DNA of 64,000 nucleotides from an uncultured Bacilli bacterium (GTDB lineage Bacteria; Bacillota_I; Bacilli_A; RF39; UBA660): NCBI GenBank assembly GCA_934102255.1, contig CAKOSN010000006.1, positions 11,574 to 75,573 of the forward strand, read 5' to 3'. Shown piece by piece: positions 1 to 12,318 of this stretch (position 1 is its first letter; each line of letters starts with the position of its first letter). The notes under the pieces were generated by a model. It saw only the letters and a program-made list of their open reading frames with translations, ran no database searches and was not told where the DNA came from. The position numbers and the translations under genes were made by a program.

Positions 1-39
1 TTTATTGTTTAAATTTAAAAGACAAACCATATATAATCT

Positions 40-69
40 AAAAAAGCCTTACCACTTACGATAAGACTT
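40..69 (-). terminator. Rho-independent terminator closing the Tad-like operon
   Basis: Minus-strand hairpin AAGTCTTAT-N8-GTAAGGCTT followed by a T-run, starting 4 nt after the stop of ORF 73..714. Confidence 0.55.
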
Positions 70-72
70 TTA

Positions 73-714
73 CTATTTATTTAAACGATAAGACTCGCCA
101 TCCAACTCTTTAAAAGTATACTCCTGTTTCATCTTTGGAAGTTCCATATCTAAAGGCACTTCTTCTTTAACAGACTCCTCTTTTACTTCATCATGACTTT
201 CTAAAGTTACTGGTTTATTTTCATTAACTTCTTCCTTTGGAATATCTTCTTTTTTCGAAAAATCAAAAACATTATTATCTTTTTTATCTTTCAAATTTTG
301 TAAAAAGAATTCTTCAAAATTACTAATTTCTTCATCTTTTAAAACCGGAATAGTTTGAGTCGTTTCTTTTATAACATCAACCGATTCCAAAACACCATCA
401 GATACTGGCTTTACTTCTTCATAAGAAATACCTTCGTACTTAGGTTTTTCATCCTTCTTCTCTTCTTCCGTATCAAAAGAAACATTTTCAAAACTTACTT
501 TTTCCTCAGTATCCTCATTTACTTCTTCTTTAAAAGAAACATTATCCTTACTTTCCTTATCCTTAGGTTCTTCTTCTAACTCTAAATTATTCTTCGCATC
601 TTTAAGTGCTAAAACAAGTGTAATAACAAATAAAACAACAAAAATTAATATTAAAGCTCCTAAAATAATAGGAAAGTTGCTATTACTATATAAATTATTT
701 ATAAATTTTTCCAT
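73..714 (-). CDS. Hypothetical N-terminally membrane-anchored, Glu/Lys-rich protein (last gene of the Tad-like operon)
   Basis: 213-aa ORF. It has a single N-terminal TM helix (FPIILGALILIFVVLFVITLVLAL) followed by a low-complexity acidic region. I recognise no family. Confidence 0.5.
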   Translation of the reverse strand: MEKFINNLYSNSNFPIILGALILIFVVLFVITLVLALKDAKNNLELEEEPKDKESKDNVSFKEEVNEDTEEKVSFENVSFDTEEEKKDEKPKYEGISYEEVKPVSDGVLESVDVIKETTQTIPVLKDEEISNFEEFFLQNLKDKKDNNVFDFSKKEDIPKEEVNENKPVTLESHDEVKEESVKEEVPLDMELPKMKQEYTFKELDGESYRLNK

Positions 715-781
715 ATTAAAACCTTCTATTCTTAAATTTAGATTACCATAAATATTTACTTATTGCAATAAATTTTAACCC

Positions 782-1441
782 TTAATCTAAATATTTTGGT
801 CCAATTAAAATAATTAATAAAGTTAAAATTAAAAATATTACACTAAACAATACTATTTTAACCGGAATAGCACTAATATTCTTCTCTCGCGTAACTTTTT
901 TATCTTCTAAAATCTTATTTAAAATATCTTCGGCTACTCTTTTTGTATCATTACTACTTAACATTAAAATATCATCACTAAAAGAATACTCCGGAATAAC
1001 ACTTATTAAATTAGTAACTACATCATTAAAATTATTATATTTCTTATTTAAATAAACTATTTCTTTTGTCAAATCATTATCTAAATTCTTACTAACCATC
1101 TTAAATACTAAGTAAGCATCATTATTCTGATTTAAACCTAAAAGATATAATTTAATAAAAGTTTCTAAGTCATTTCTAATAACTTGCTCCCTTTTAATAA
1201 TTCTAGAATTAATTAGAACATCTTCATATAAATAATGAAAAAGAATAGTAAATAAAAAACTTAGAACAATACCATATACGGGAATTAACAAAAGAACAAT
1301 AAATATAATGAACTCCATTAAAAGACGAGTAATTAAAAAAGTATCAATATTTATCTTATTATCTATTCCTAATCTTTTAATCTTCTTATTTAAATTAACT
1401 AAATATTTCTTAGGATATAAGACTTTAACAAAATTATTCAT
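782..1441 (-). CDS. TadC-like inner-membrane protein (T2SS-F-type domain)
   Basis: 219-aa ORF with TM helices flanking a soluble helical domain. It overlaps the upstream TadB-like gene by 8 nt, in the position expected for tadC. Confidence 0.5.
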   Translation of the reverse strand: MNNFVKVLYPKKYLVNLNKKIKRLGIDNKINIDTFLITRLLMEFIIFIVLLLIPVYGIVLSFLFTILFHYLYEDVLINSRIIKREQVIRNDLETFIKLYLLGLNQNNDAYLVFKMVSKNLDNDLTKEIVYLNKKYNNFNDVVTNLISVIPEYSFSDDILMLSSNDTKRVAEDILNKILEDKKVTREKNISAIPVKIVLFSVIFLILTLLIILIGPKYLD

Positions 1442-2423
1442 CTTTAACCTCCAAGATATTCTTAATTATATAAATATAAATACTATATAATGCTATAACG
1501 AGTACTACTAAATATAATCCTTTACCATTCATTAATCTAGCAAAATAATCTAAATTAATAAACACCCCAAAGATAAATACTAATAAAGGAATTAACAATA
1601 CAATTAAGAATAAATAATTATAAACATCAACAATCTTAAATACATGTTCCCTTTCTTCATAAGCTTTAATATTATCATTAATAATATATTTAAAAGCATC
1701 TTCATAACTAATATTAAGAAGACTAGCTATTTTTAAACTTTGATAAATTGATAATACTTCTTTAATATTACTACGTTTATAAAATTTATAATACGCATCT
1801 TCTAAACTAATATTATGTCTTATATCTTTTAAAATCTTATCTAGTTCATCTGTAATATCACCATCTAAGTTGTGTATAGCATAATTTATAGCATTATCGA
1901 TGCTCATTTTTTTATTTAAACCATAATAGATATACTTAGTACTTATAAATACATCTTTAACTATTCTATTAGTCCTCTTAATATATAAATATTTCCAAAA
2001 TAAATCAGGTAAAAAGTAACTAGCTAGGAAAACAACTATAAAGATAAATGGACTAGCTGGTAAAATACTTAAAACAACACCCATTAAACATAAAGATGAG
2101 GTAATAATAACTAATAATAGTTTAATTGTAAAATAATCAACTGGACTAGTTCTATCTCTATTAATTTCTAAAATATATTTATCATATTTAAGCGATAATT
2201 TATTGACAAAACCATAGTGACTTAAACCACCACTTAAATTATGAATAATCTTAAAGAAACCATTTGTAATATTATTTAAAATCGAAGTATTATCTTTAGG
2301 AATATCTAGACTAAACTTACTTATACGATGAACTTTTTTTAAAGTATTAGCAAGTCTTAAAAGAAAAATACCTACTAATATTGCTATACAAGCAATAATA
2401 ATTTGAATTACATAAATTGGCAT
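1434..2423 (-). CDS. TadB-like inner-membrane platform protein (T2SS-F-type domain)
   Basis: 329-aa ORF with N-terminal, central and C-terminal TM helices. The soluble helical segment (...MSIDNAINYAIHNLDGDITDELDKILKDIRHNISLEDAYYKF...) fits the GspF/TadB repeat pattern. It lies directly after the ATPase gene. Confidence 0.55.
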   Translation of the reverse strand: MPIYVIQIIIACIAILVGIFLLRLANTLKKVHRISKFSLDIPKDNTSILNNITNGFFKIIHNLSGGLSHYGFVNKLSLKYDKYILEINRDRTSPVDYFTIKLLLVIITSSLCLMGVVLSILPASPFIFIVVFLASYFLPDLFWKYLYIKRTNRIVKDVFISTKYIYYGLNKKMSIDNAINYAIHNLDGDITDELDKILKDIRHNISLEDAYYKFYKRSNIKEVLSIYQSLKIASLLNISYEDAFKYIINDNIKAYEEREHVFKIVDVYNYLFLIVLLIPLLVFIFGVFINLDYFARLMNGKGLYLVVLVIALYSIYIYIIKNILEVKDE

Positions 2424-2425
2424 AA

Positions 2426-3628
2426 CTACACCTCAAAAATATCATCTAAGGTATCATTACCATTACTTTTTAATTTTTTATATGTATGATTACTTTCTTT
2501 TATTAAACTAAAGGTATTATTTTCATAAACAAAGACATCTTTTAATTTTTGACCTACAACTTCTTTAATACCCGTAACTCTAATTTTAGCATCCATACCC
2601 TTTTCCATATAAACTAATATATCAAAACCTGTATAAATACTATTTACAACAGTATCTTCCTTCATATCTGGATTTTCTAATAAAACATTAGTAACTAAAT
2701 TTTCTAAAGTAAACTTACGAATATCAAAACTAGATATAATTCCTTGTTCTTTATTAACTAATTTTAACAAAGTATTAGCATTTTTATTAGCATATATTAA
2801 GTAAGAAGGACTTAAAGCCTCTATAACATTAATATCCGATGTATTAGTACTTACTAATTGATGCGTACTATCTAAATTTTCTTTCAAACCAGCATAAACT
2901 ATTCTTTCATTAGTAGGAATAAAGTTTAATAAAGTATTAATTAAAGTTCTCTTACCACTACTCTTATTGCCACAAACTAAAATATTTAATTTAGCCTTAA
3001 CACAAGCTTCTAAAAATCTTGCCATATAAGGAGTAAGCGTTCCTAAACGAATCAATTCTTCAATACTTTCTAAGGTTTTATCAGTCTTACTAATTGTAAG
3101 GACTGGACTTGCTACGATAGGTGGTACTAAAAGAGTAACTCTAGCATCATCTAAAGTTTTAAAAGAGATATAAGCATCATCTAAAGAAATATTTAAATTA
3201 TTTTTACGAGCTAAATTAGTAACAGTCTTAATTATATGTTCATTATTAATAAATGAAATAGAAGGGTCTCTATGATATCCTGTATTAGTTAAAACATAAA
3301 CCAAACTAGGTGAATTAACAAATATTTTCTTAACCGAAGTGTCATTCATAACTTCTGTAATTGGACCAATCCCATATATTTCATTGTCAATTAAGTTATA
3401 TAAATATTGTTTTTCTAAAGTACTAAGATTCAAAGATTTAGTATATTCATCTACTTTACTATGAATATCTGGTTCCTTAAGTCCCAGAGAAACTTCATCT
3501 ATCAAACTAAAAGTTATATCATTCTTAATTTTTTCTAAAGTTTCTTTATCTTGAAATATTTCATAATCATTTAATTTTAAAAGATTACTATTTGTTATAT
3601 TAAAAGCATTAGCTAAAGTTTTACTCAT
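2426..3628 (-). CDS. TadA/CpaF-family secretion ATPase homologue with degenerate catalytic motifs
   Basis: 400-aa ORF. Hand alignment to CpaF/TadA: GPITEVMND..VKKIFVNSPSLVYV, LVPPIVASPVLTISK, P-loop ILVCGNKSSGKRTLINTL. At the positions where I expect the Asp box, Walker B and His box I read ERIVYAGLKENL, LIYANKN and KEQGIISSF. Confidence 0.6.
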   Translation of the reverse strand: MSKTLANAFNITNSNLLKLNDYEIFQDKETLEKIKNDITFSLIDEVSLGLKEPDIHSKVDEYTKSLNLSTLEKQYLYNLIDNEIYGIGPITEVMNDTSVKKIFVNSPSLVYVLTNTGYHRDPSISFINNEHIIKTVTNLARKNNLNISLDDAYISFKTLDDARVTLLVPPIVASPVLTISKTDKTLESIEELIRLGTLTPYMARFLEACVKAKLNILVCGNKSSGKRTLINTLLNFIPTNERIVYAGLKENLDSTHQLVSTNTSDINVIEALSPSYLIYANKNANTLLKLVNKEQGIISSFDIRKFTLENLVTNVLLENPDMKEDTVVNSIYTGFDILVYMEKGMDAKIRVTGIKEVVGQKLKDVFVYENNTFSLIKESNHTYKKLKSNGNDTLDDIFEV

Positions 3629-4391
3629 CTTTATTACCTCCCATTATATCAGCTGCTAAGTTAAGTAAGGCTGTATAATCATTTTGATAATGTTTAAGAA
3701 CTTTACTATTTAAGGTAATTATCTTACCGTCCATTATTTCTTTTTCCATATCAGTTATATAAAATTCATTAGAAATATGATAATCAATATTAGCTTTAAT
3801 AATACTTTTTATATCATAAAGACTAAAGTATTGTTTTAATGGGTTAACACTTTCATTTAAAAGGATACGATATTTATTAATATTTAAATTATCAAATAAA
3901 GTTACTAAATTTTTAGTATTTTTTAAATCCATTGGACAATTAGTTGTAACTACAATCGCCATATCACAAAAGTCTAGAGCAAAGACATTTATTTCATTTA
4001 AAATATGGGTCATATCAATTAGAATAACATCGTATATAAATGAAGCTTTTTCTAAAACAATATTAATTAAAGAATTATTAATTTTATTAAAGTCTCTTGG
4101 GTCAGTAGAAGCTGGTAATATATCAATATAATCATCATATTTAACTACATAATCATTTAAAGAATCATAAGTATTATGTTCAATATCATATAACATATTA
4201 CAAATATTCTTTTTATAAGGCGTATTAAGCATTAAAGCAAGACCACCATTAGTCAAATCTAAATCAATTAGTAAGACTTTTTTATTCATGCTTTCTATTA
4301 TTCCAGCCAAATTAGCAGTTAAAGTTGTTTTACCAACTCCGCCCTTACCACTAGTTATACAAACTACTTTTCCTTTACGCAAATTTTTCAT
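3621..4391 (-). CDS. ParA/MinD-family ATPase, TadZ/CpaE-like
   Basis: 256-aa ORF with a deviant Walker A (VCITSGKGGVGKTTLTANLA). It is the first gene of the operon and overlaps the ATPase gene. Confidence 0.7.
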   Translation of the reverse strand: MKNLRKGKVVCITSGKGGVGKTTLTANLAGIIESMNKKVLLIDLDLTNGGLALMLNTPYKKNICNMLYDIEHNTYDSLNDYVVKYDDYIDILPASTDPRDFNKINNSLINIVLEKASFIYDVILIDMTHILNEINVFALDFCDMAIVVTTNCPMDLKNTKNLVTLFDNLNINKYRILLNESVNPLKQYFSLYDIKSIIKANIDYHISNEFYITDMEKEIMDGKIITLNSKVLKHYQNDYTALLNLAADIMGGNKDE

Positions 4392-4547
4392 AAATTAATC
4401 CCTCTTTATTATCTATAATCTAAAAAGATTATATCACGACCTTAAATGAATTGTAAATTAAAAAAGAATAAGATGGTAGTACCTAGATATTACGATATGT
4501 ATAAATTATTTAGGAATGTATATACTACTAATGGACACTAAAAGTAG

Positions 4548-4575
4548 TTGCAAAAGTTAAAAAATATGCTATACT
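4548..4575 (+). promoter_or_regulatory. Sigma-A-type promoter of the candidate antitoxin sRNA (copy 1)
   Basis: TTGCAA-N16-TATACT with an extended -10 (TGcTATACT). Conserved in all three copies. Confidence 0.6.
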
Positions 4576-4581
4576 ACTTAA

Positions 4582-4712
4582 TGAAAGAACTTGATTGTTC
4601 TTAAAATTAAAAAAAGATACATTTGATTTGGTTCGTCAGATGTTTCTCAGTCCAAAATTAGTTTTGATTAGAAAAACATCTATTCACAAAGCTGAGTAGA
4701 TGTTTTTCGTTA
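4582..4712 (+). ncRNA. Candidate antisense sRNA (antitoxin-like), copy 1
   Basis: No conserved ORF. Runs from the promoter through a small hairpin (AAGAAC-TTGATT-GTTCTT) to the 11-bp-stem hairpin GAAAAACATCT-N16-AGATGTTTTTC (4671..4708). That hairpin lies in the 3' region of the convergent peptide mRNA. Ends are inferred. Confidence 0.35.
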
Positions 4713-4730
4713 CCTTTAAAAGGTAATAAG

Positions 4731-4805
4731 TTATTTTCTTCTTATAGAATTTATAACTTCGTCTAAAATGATTAAGATAAGAGCGAATATTACTAGATAT
4801 TCCAC
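4731..4805 (-). CDS. 24-aa hydrophobic peptide, type I toxin-like (copy 1, GTG start)
   Basis: Translation (GTG start read as Met) is MEYLVIFALILIILDEVINSIRRK. It has the same 75-nt length and position as the ORFs in copies 2 and 3, and a GGAG lies upstream. Confidence 0.5.
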   Translation of the reverse strand: MEYLVIFALILIILDEVINSIRRK

Positions 4806-5060
4806 TTTTTTTCTCCATTCTAGGACCACCTCCTCCATTTCTAAAAAGCAAGTTTAAAGATTTGGACTGAGGATAAAACACCTAACTATCAAATGTATCT
4901 ATCTAATATGGTACCATAAAGACCAGTATAAATCTACTTAAAATAGTCAATATATTCATTTTTAACTTAATAATTAAAAAATTATTTTAAGGTTCTCAAT
5001 ATTAAAAATATGCATAGATTATGAAGCAAAGTATACACTGTTAATGAAAACTAAAAGTAG

Positions 5061-5088
5061 TTGCAAAAGTAAAAAAATATGCTATACT
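5061..5088 (+). promoter_or_regulatory. Sigma-A-type promoter of the candidate antitoxin sRNA (copy 2)
   Basis: TTGCAA-N16-TGcTATACT. Confidence 0.6.
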
Positions 5089-5094
5089 ACTTAG

Positions 5095-5224
5095 TGAAAG
5101 AACTTGATTGTTCTTAAAATTTAAAAGAGATACATTTGACTTGGTTCGTTAGATGTTTCTCAGTCCATTATAGTTTAATGTTTGAAAAACATCTATTCAC
5201 AAAGCTGAGTAGATGTTTTCGTTT
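5095..5224 (+). ncRNA. Candidate antisense sRNA (antitoxin-like), copy 2
   Basis: Same layout as copy 1, with hairpin GAAAAACATCT...AGATGTTTTC at 5184..5220. Ends are inferred. Confidence 0.35.
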
Positions 5225-5239
5225 GACTTAAAATCAATA

Positions 5240-5314
5240 TTAATTTCTGTTTCCAGAATCTAATATTCTTGCAATTAAAACAAGAATGACGATAAGTACA
5301 ACTAAGTACTCCAT
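5240..5314 (-). CDS. 24-aa hydrophobic peptide, type I toxin-like (copy 2)
   Basis: ATG ORF translating to MEYLVVLIVILVLIARILDSGNRN, with SD AAGGGAG 7 nt upstream. Against copy 3, 9 of the 16 differing codons are synonymous in this frame. Confidence 0.6.
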   Translation of the reverse strand: MEYLVVLIVILVLIARILDSGNRN

Positions 5315-5489
5315 TAAGGTCTCCCTTCATATGGACCACCACCTCTCCATTTCTAAAAAAATTTTAAATATGGACCGAGTTCAAAACACCTAACTATCAA
5401 ATGTATCTATCTAATATGGTACCATAAAGACCAGTATAAATCTACTTAAAATAGTCAATATATTCATTTTTAATTTAATAATTTTAAAA

Positions 5490-5717
5490 TTATTTTAATG
5501 TACTTAAAAGCGTACTGATTAAATCAATATTATCAATAGTCTTACTAATCTTATCAGTAACTCTTAAACCATATTTATCTTTAACAAAATTACTAAAATT
5601 TTCAAACTCATTCTTATTACGATTTAATTTCTTTATGTAATAAGAATTTTCTTTTAAATAATTATAATAATTTTTAGTATTTTTAATTTTATACTGTAAA
5701 TCTAATTCCATTATCAA
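5490..5717 (-). CDS. YlbE-like small protein
   Basis: 75-aa ORF (...YYNYLKENSYYIKKLNRNKNEFENFSNFVKDKY...) recalls the Bacillus YlbE pattern and sits directly after a YlbD-like gene. The real start may be the ATG two codons into the ORF. Confidence 0.45.
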   Translation of the reverse strand: MIMELDLQYKIKNTKNYYNYLKENSYYIKKLNRNKNEFENFSNFVKDKYGLRVTDKISKTIDNIDLISTLLSTLK

Positions 5718-6088
5718 TCTCCAAAAAACTTATCTAATGGTCTAGGACTTTTTGGTCCTTTAGGAATACTATTAACATTGCTAGCGCCTTTACTGGTTAA
5801 TTCTTCAATGAATCCTAATGCCTTCTGAGCTGTCTTAATATGTTCTTGTAAACTATCAACATCAATATTTTTCATTAAATCCTTAATACTCCCAATGGAT
5901 TCATTACTACTTCTACTTGCCGTATCATTTGTAAAATTTAAATATGGACTCCAAGCCGTACTATCTTCACCATAAATATCATATATTTCATATAATTTTT
6001 GAATCGAACTATCTTTATTATTTCTTAAATATTCTGTAATTTTGGGGTATTTTCGTAAAAATTCTTTAAATGCTTCCTTTTTATCCAT
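5714..6088 (-). CDS. YlbD-like protein
   Basis: 124-aa ORF. The N-terminus (AFKEFLRKYPKITEYLRNN...LYEIYDIYGEDSTAWSPY) recalls YlbD (coat-protein-like family). It ends in a TGA stop. Confidence 0.45.
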   Translation of the reverse strand: MDKKEAFKEFLRKYPKITEYLRNNKDSSIQKLYEIYDIYGEDSTAWSPYLNFTNDTASRSSNESIGSIKDLMKNIDVDSLQEHIKTAQKALGFIEELTSKGASNVNSIPKGPKSPRPLDKFFGD

Positions 6089-6137
6089 AAAAAAATCACC
6101 TACTAAATTTTATTTATTAGTAAGTGATTTTATTTAT

Positions 6138-10627
<4,490 letters not shown>

Positions 10628-10721
10628 TTAATACATTACCATAATTTTTAAAATTTTACTAGTTTCATAGCCGATTTTTCAGAAAAAAAGTGCCATTATT
10701 CCTTAGAATAACAGCCTTTTC

Positions 10722-11936
10722 TTAGTTAATACGATATGGATTATTTATAGTACCATTGCCCGATTTTAAAGAGCCTTGTTTTAAGTTGATAACAGGTTTT
10801 ACTCCAATATTAGCAGTTACATCATTTGTACTATCACTGCCGCCACCATTATGGTCATAACGCATATAAGCTCTGTTGCTTTGAAATGAATATGCTGACA
10901 TCGTCCAATAATAATTTCCTACATAAAAATAATATTTTTCATTTTTAACAAAATTCGAACCTCCACCAATAATTATTTCATCAATACTTATAATTCCTAT
11001 AGGATACTTAAGTTTAGAATTACCAATAGAAGCATTTACTGTGTAAGCATCATTTAATTGAATACAATTTAATTTTTCATTTTTATTATTTATATATTTG
11101 TGAGTATATGACGTTGTACTTTTTGCATAACCAGTACCTGTATTATCACTAGTAAAAGTTCTATCATCACAAAATAAATTATCAGCCAAGTATTGTTCAT
11201 GCTCTGTATCTTTTATATTGTTTTTATACCAGTTATCAACATATTTCTTGATTGTAGAATCATTGATATTTGCATGTGTTTCTTCGTATATTGATGAACC
11301 AGGTGTTCCATACATATAACCGACATAAGCATTATCATCAGTCTTTTCATTAAAAGCACTAGTGCCAATTATTCTATCATCACTAGCCTCACCATTTTCA
11401 TGAATAGTCGTTCCGTCATATATTATTCTTATCGAATTATCACCATTTGTTCTTACGATACGCCAATAAAATCCTGCAAAATAAACATAATTATTAGAAA
11501 CGTTGCCTCGATAATAATAACTAGTACCATAATTATCTGGTGCACTACATAGTAAAGAATTTTCTGATTCAGCACTTGTTACATTAACAGAACCATCACT
11601 ATTGACAGTTGGACACTTACCTGTTGTATCCAACTCATCTTTTATCGAATTAGTAATGGTATCTTCTTTAAAATAAACATTACATTTAGATTTTTTACTC
11701 ATATTAGTCGTAAGTAAGCCCCAACTAGTATAGTCCCACTCACCAGAAGAGTCATTATCACATTCTATTTTATCAACATAATAACCGCTATCCTTAGCTG
11801 GAACGTTATCAGAATACTCGTCATTAACATAAATGCCAATAATATTTTTAGTACTTCCATTATTTAATTTAAAAATTAATAAACAAAGACTACCAAATAT
11901 CACCAAATTAATAATTATCAAATACTTCTTCTTCAC
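10722..11936 (-). CDS. Membrane-anchored/secreted protein of unknown function
   Basis: The ORF is open to 11975 (GTG). A likelier start is the GTG at 11936 (AGGTG 7 nt upstream), giving KKKYLIIINLVIFGSLCLLIF as a signal anchor. Internal motif is YYYRGNVSNNYVYFAGFYWRIVRTNGDNSIRIIY, and the C-terminus (YYWTMSA...IGVKPVINL) resembles surface proteins with a DUF6273-like end. Confidence 0.55.
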   Translation of the reverse strand: MKKKYLIIINLVIFGSLCLLIFKLNNGSTKNIIGIYVNDEYSDNVPAKDSGYYVDKIECDNDSSGEWDYTSWGLLTTNMSKKSKCNVYFKEDTITNSIKDELDTTGKCPTVNSDGSVNVTSAESENSLLCSAPDNYGTSYYYRGNVSNNYVYFAGFYWRIVRTNGDNSIRIIYDGTTIHENGEASDDRIIGTSAFNEKTDDNAYVGYMYGTPGSSIYEETHANINDSTIKKYVDNWYKNNIKDTEHEQYLADNLFCDDRTFTSDNTGTGYAKSTTSYTHKYINNKNEKLNCIQLNDAYTVNASIGNSKLKYPIGIISIDEIIIGGGSNFVKNEKYYFYVGNYYWTMSAYSFQSNRAYMRYDHNGGGSDSTNDVTANIGVKPVINLKQGSLKSGNGTINNPYRIN

Positions 11937-12318
11937 AAAACAGCACCTATTTTCCTTCTTTACAAAAATTGACACTTTTCGTAGAGTTTATTACTTTATG
12001 AAACACCAGGTGAATGCTGGCTTCAAACCCCTTTTGACCAGAAATTTGACCACAATAGAACTCTCACTCATTTTTTACTTGACGCCTTTAAAGCCTGATA
12101 AATCAAGACAACTTGACACTTTTTTCTGACCATAATTTTGACCATAAAAAGAAAAGAATTATATAGAAAATAGCCCATTTTTATGATATATTTAATGTAT
12201 AAATTAAAAATAGATAACGAGTTTTGGCTTTCATAGAGTAATAAACTCTATGAAATTTTTTGTCTCGCAAGCCAAAACAAAAAAACAGGTCGCCCTGCTT
12301 TTCATAATCATATAACAA

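Larger units (their letters stand above)
4518..4990. repeat. Type I TA-like repeat unit, copy 1 (tandem with copy 2)
   Basis: Aligns along its length with 5030..5498. The right-hand ~95 bp are nearly identical. Its right end even repeats the last bases of the ylbE-like gene region (TTATTTTAA). Confidence 0.8.
5030..5498. repeat. Type I TA-like repeat unit, copy 2
   Basis: Tandem duplicate of 4518..4990, with a period of about 510 bp. Confidence 0.8.

Noticed and set aside
73-4391. Reading the first operon as a competence (ComG) or type II secretion pilus locus.
   Set aside because: The ATPase homologue aligns with the TadA/CpaF subgroup, and a ParA/TadZ-like gene leads the operon. No ComGC-type pseudopilin genes follow it.
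4684-4881. 65-aa tracked ORF (MFYPQSKSLNLLFRNGGGGPRMEKKSG...) inside TA-like copy 1.
   Set aside because: It is out of frame with the conserved 24-aa ORF. Its sequence and extent are not conserved in copies 2 and 3. It also spans the GGAGGAGGTGG block, which looks regulatory.
11833-12129. 98-aa + strand ORF spanning the intergenic region upstream of the 417-aa gene.
   Set aside because: It overlaps the start of the minus-strand gene and the repeat-rich intergenic region. It has no SD and no recognisable protein features.
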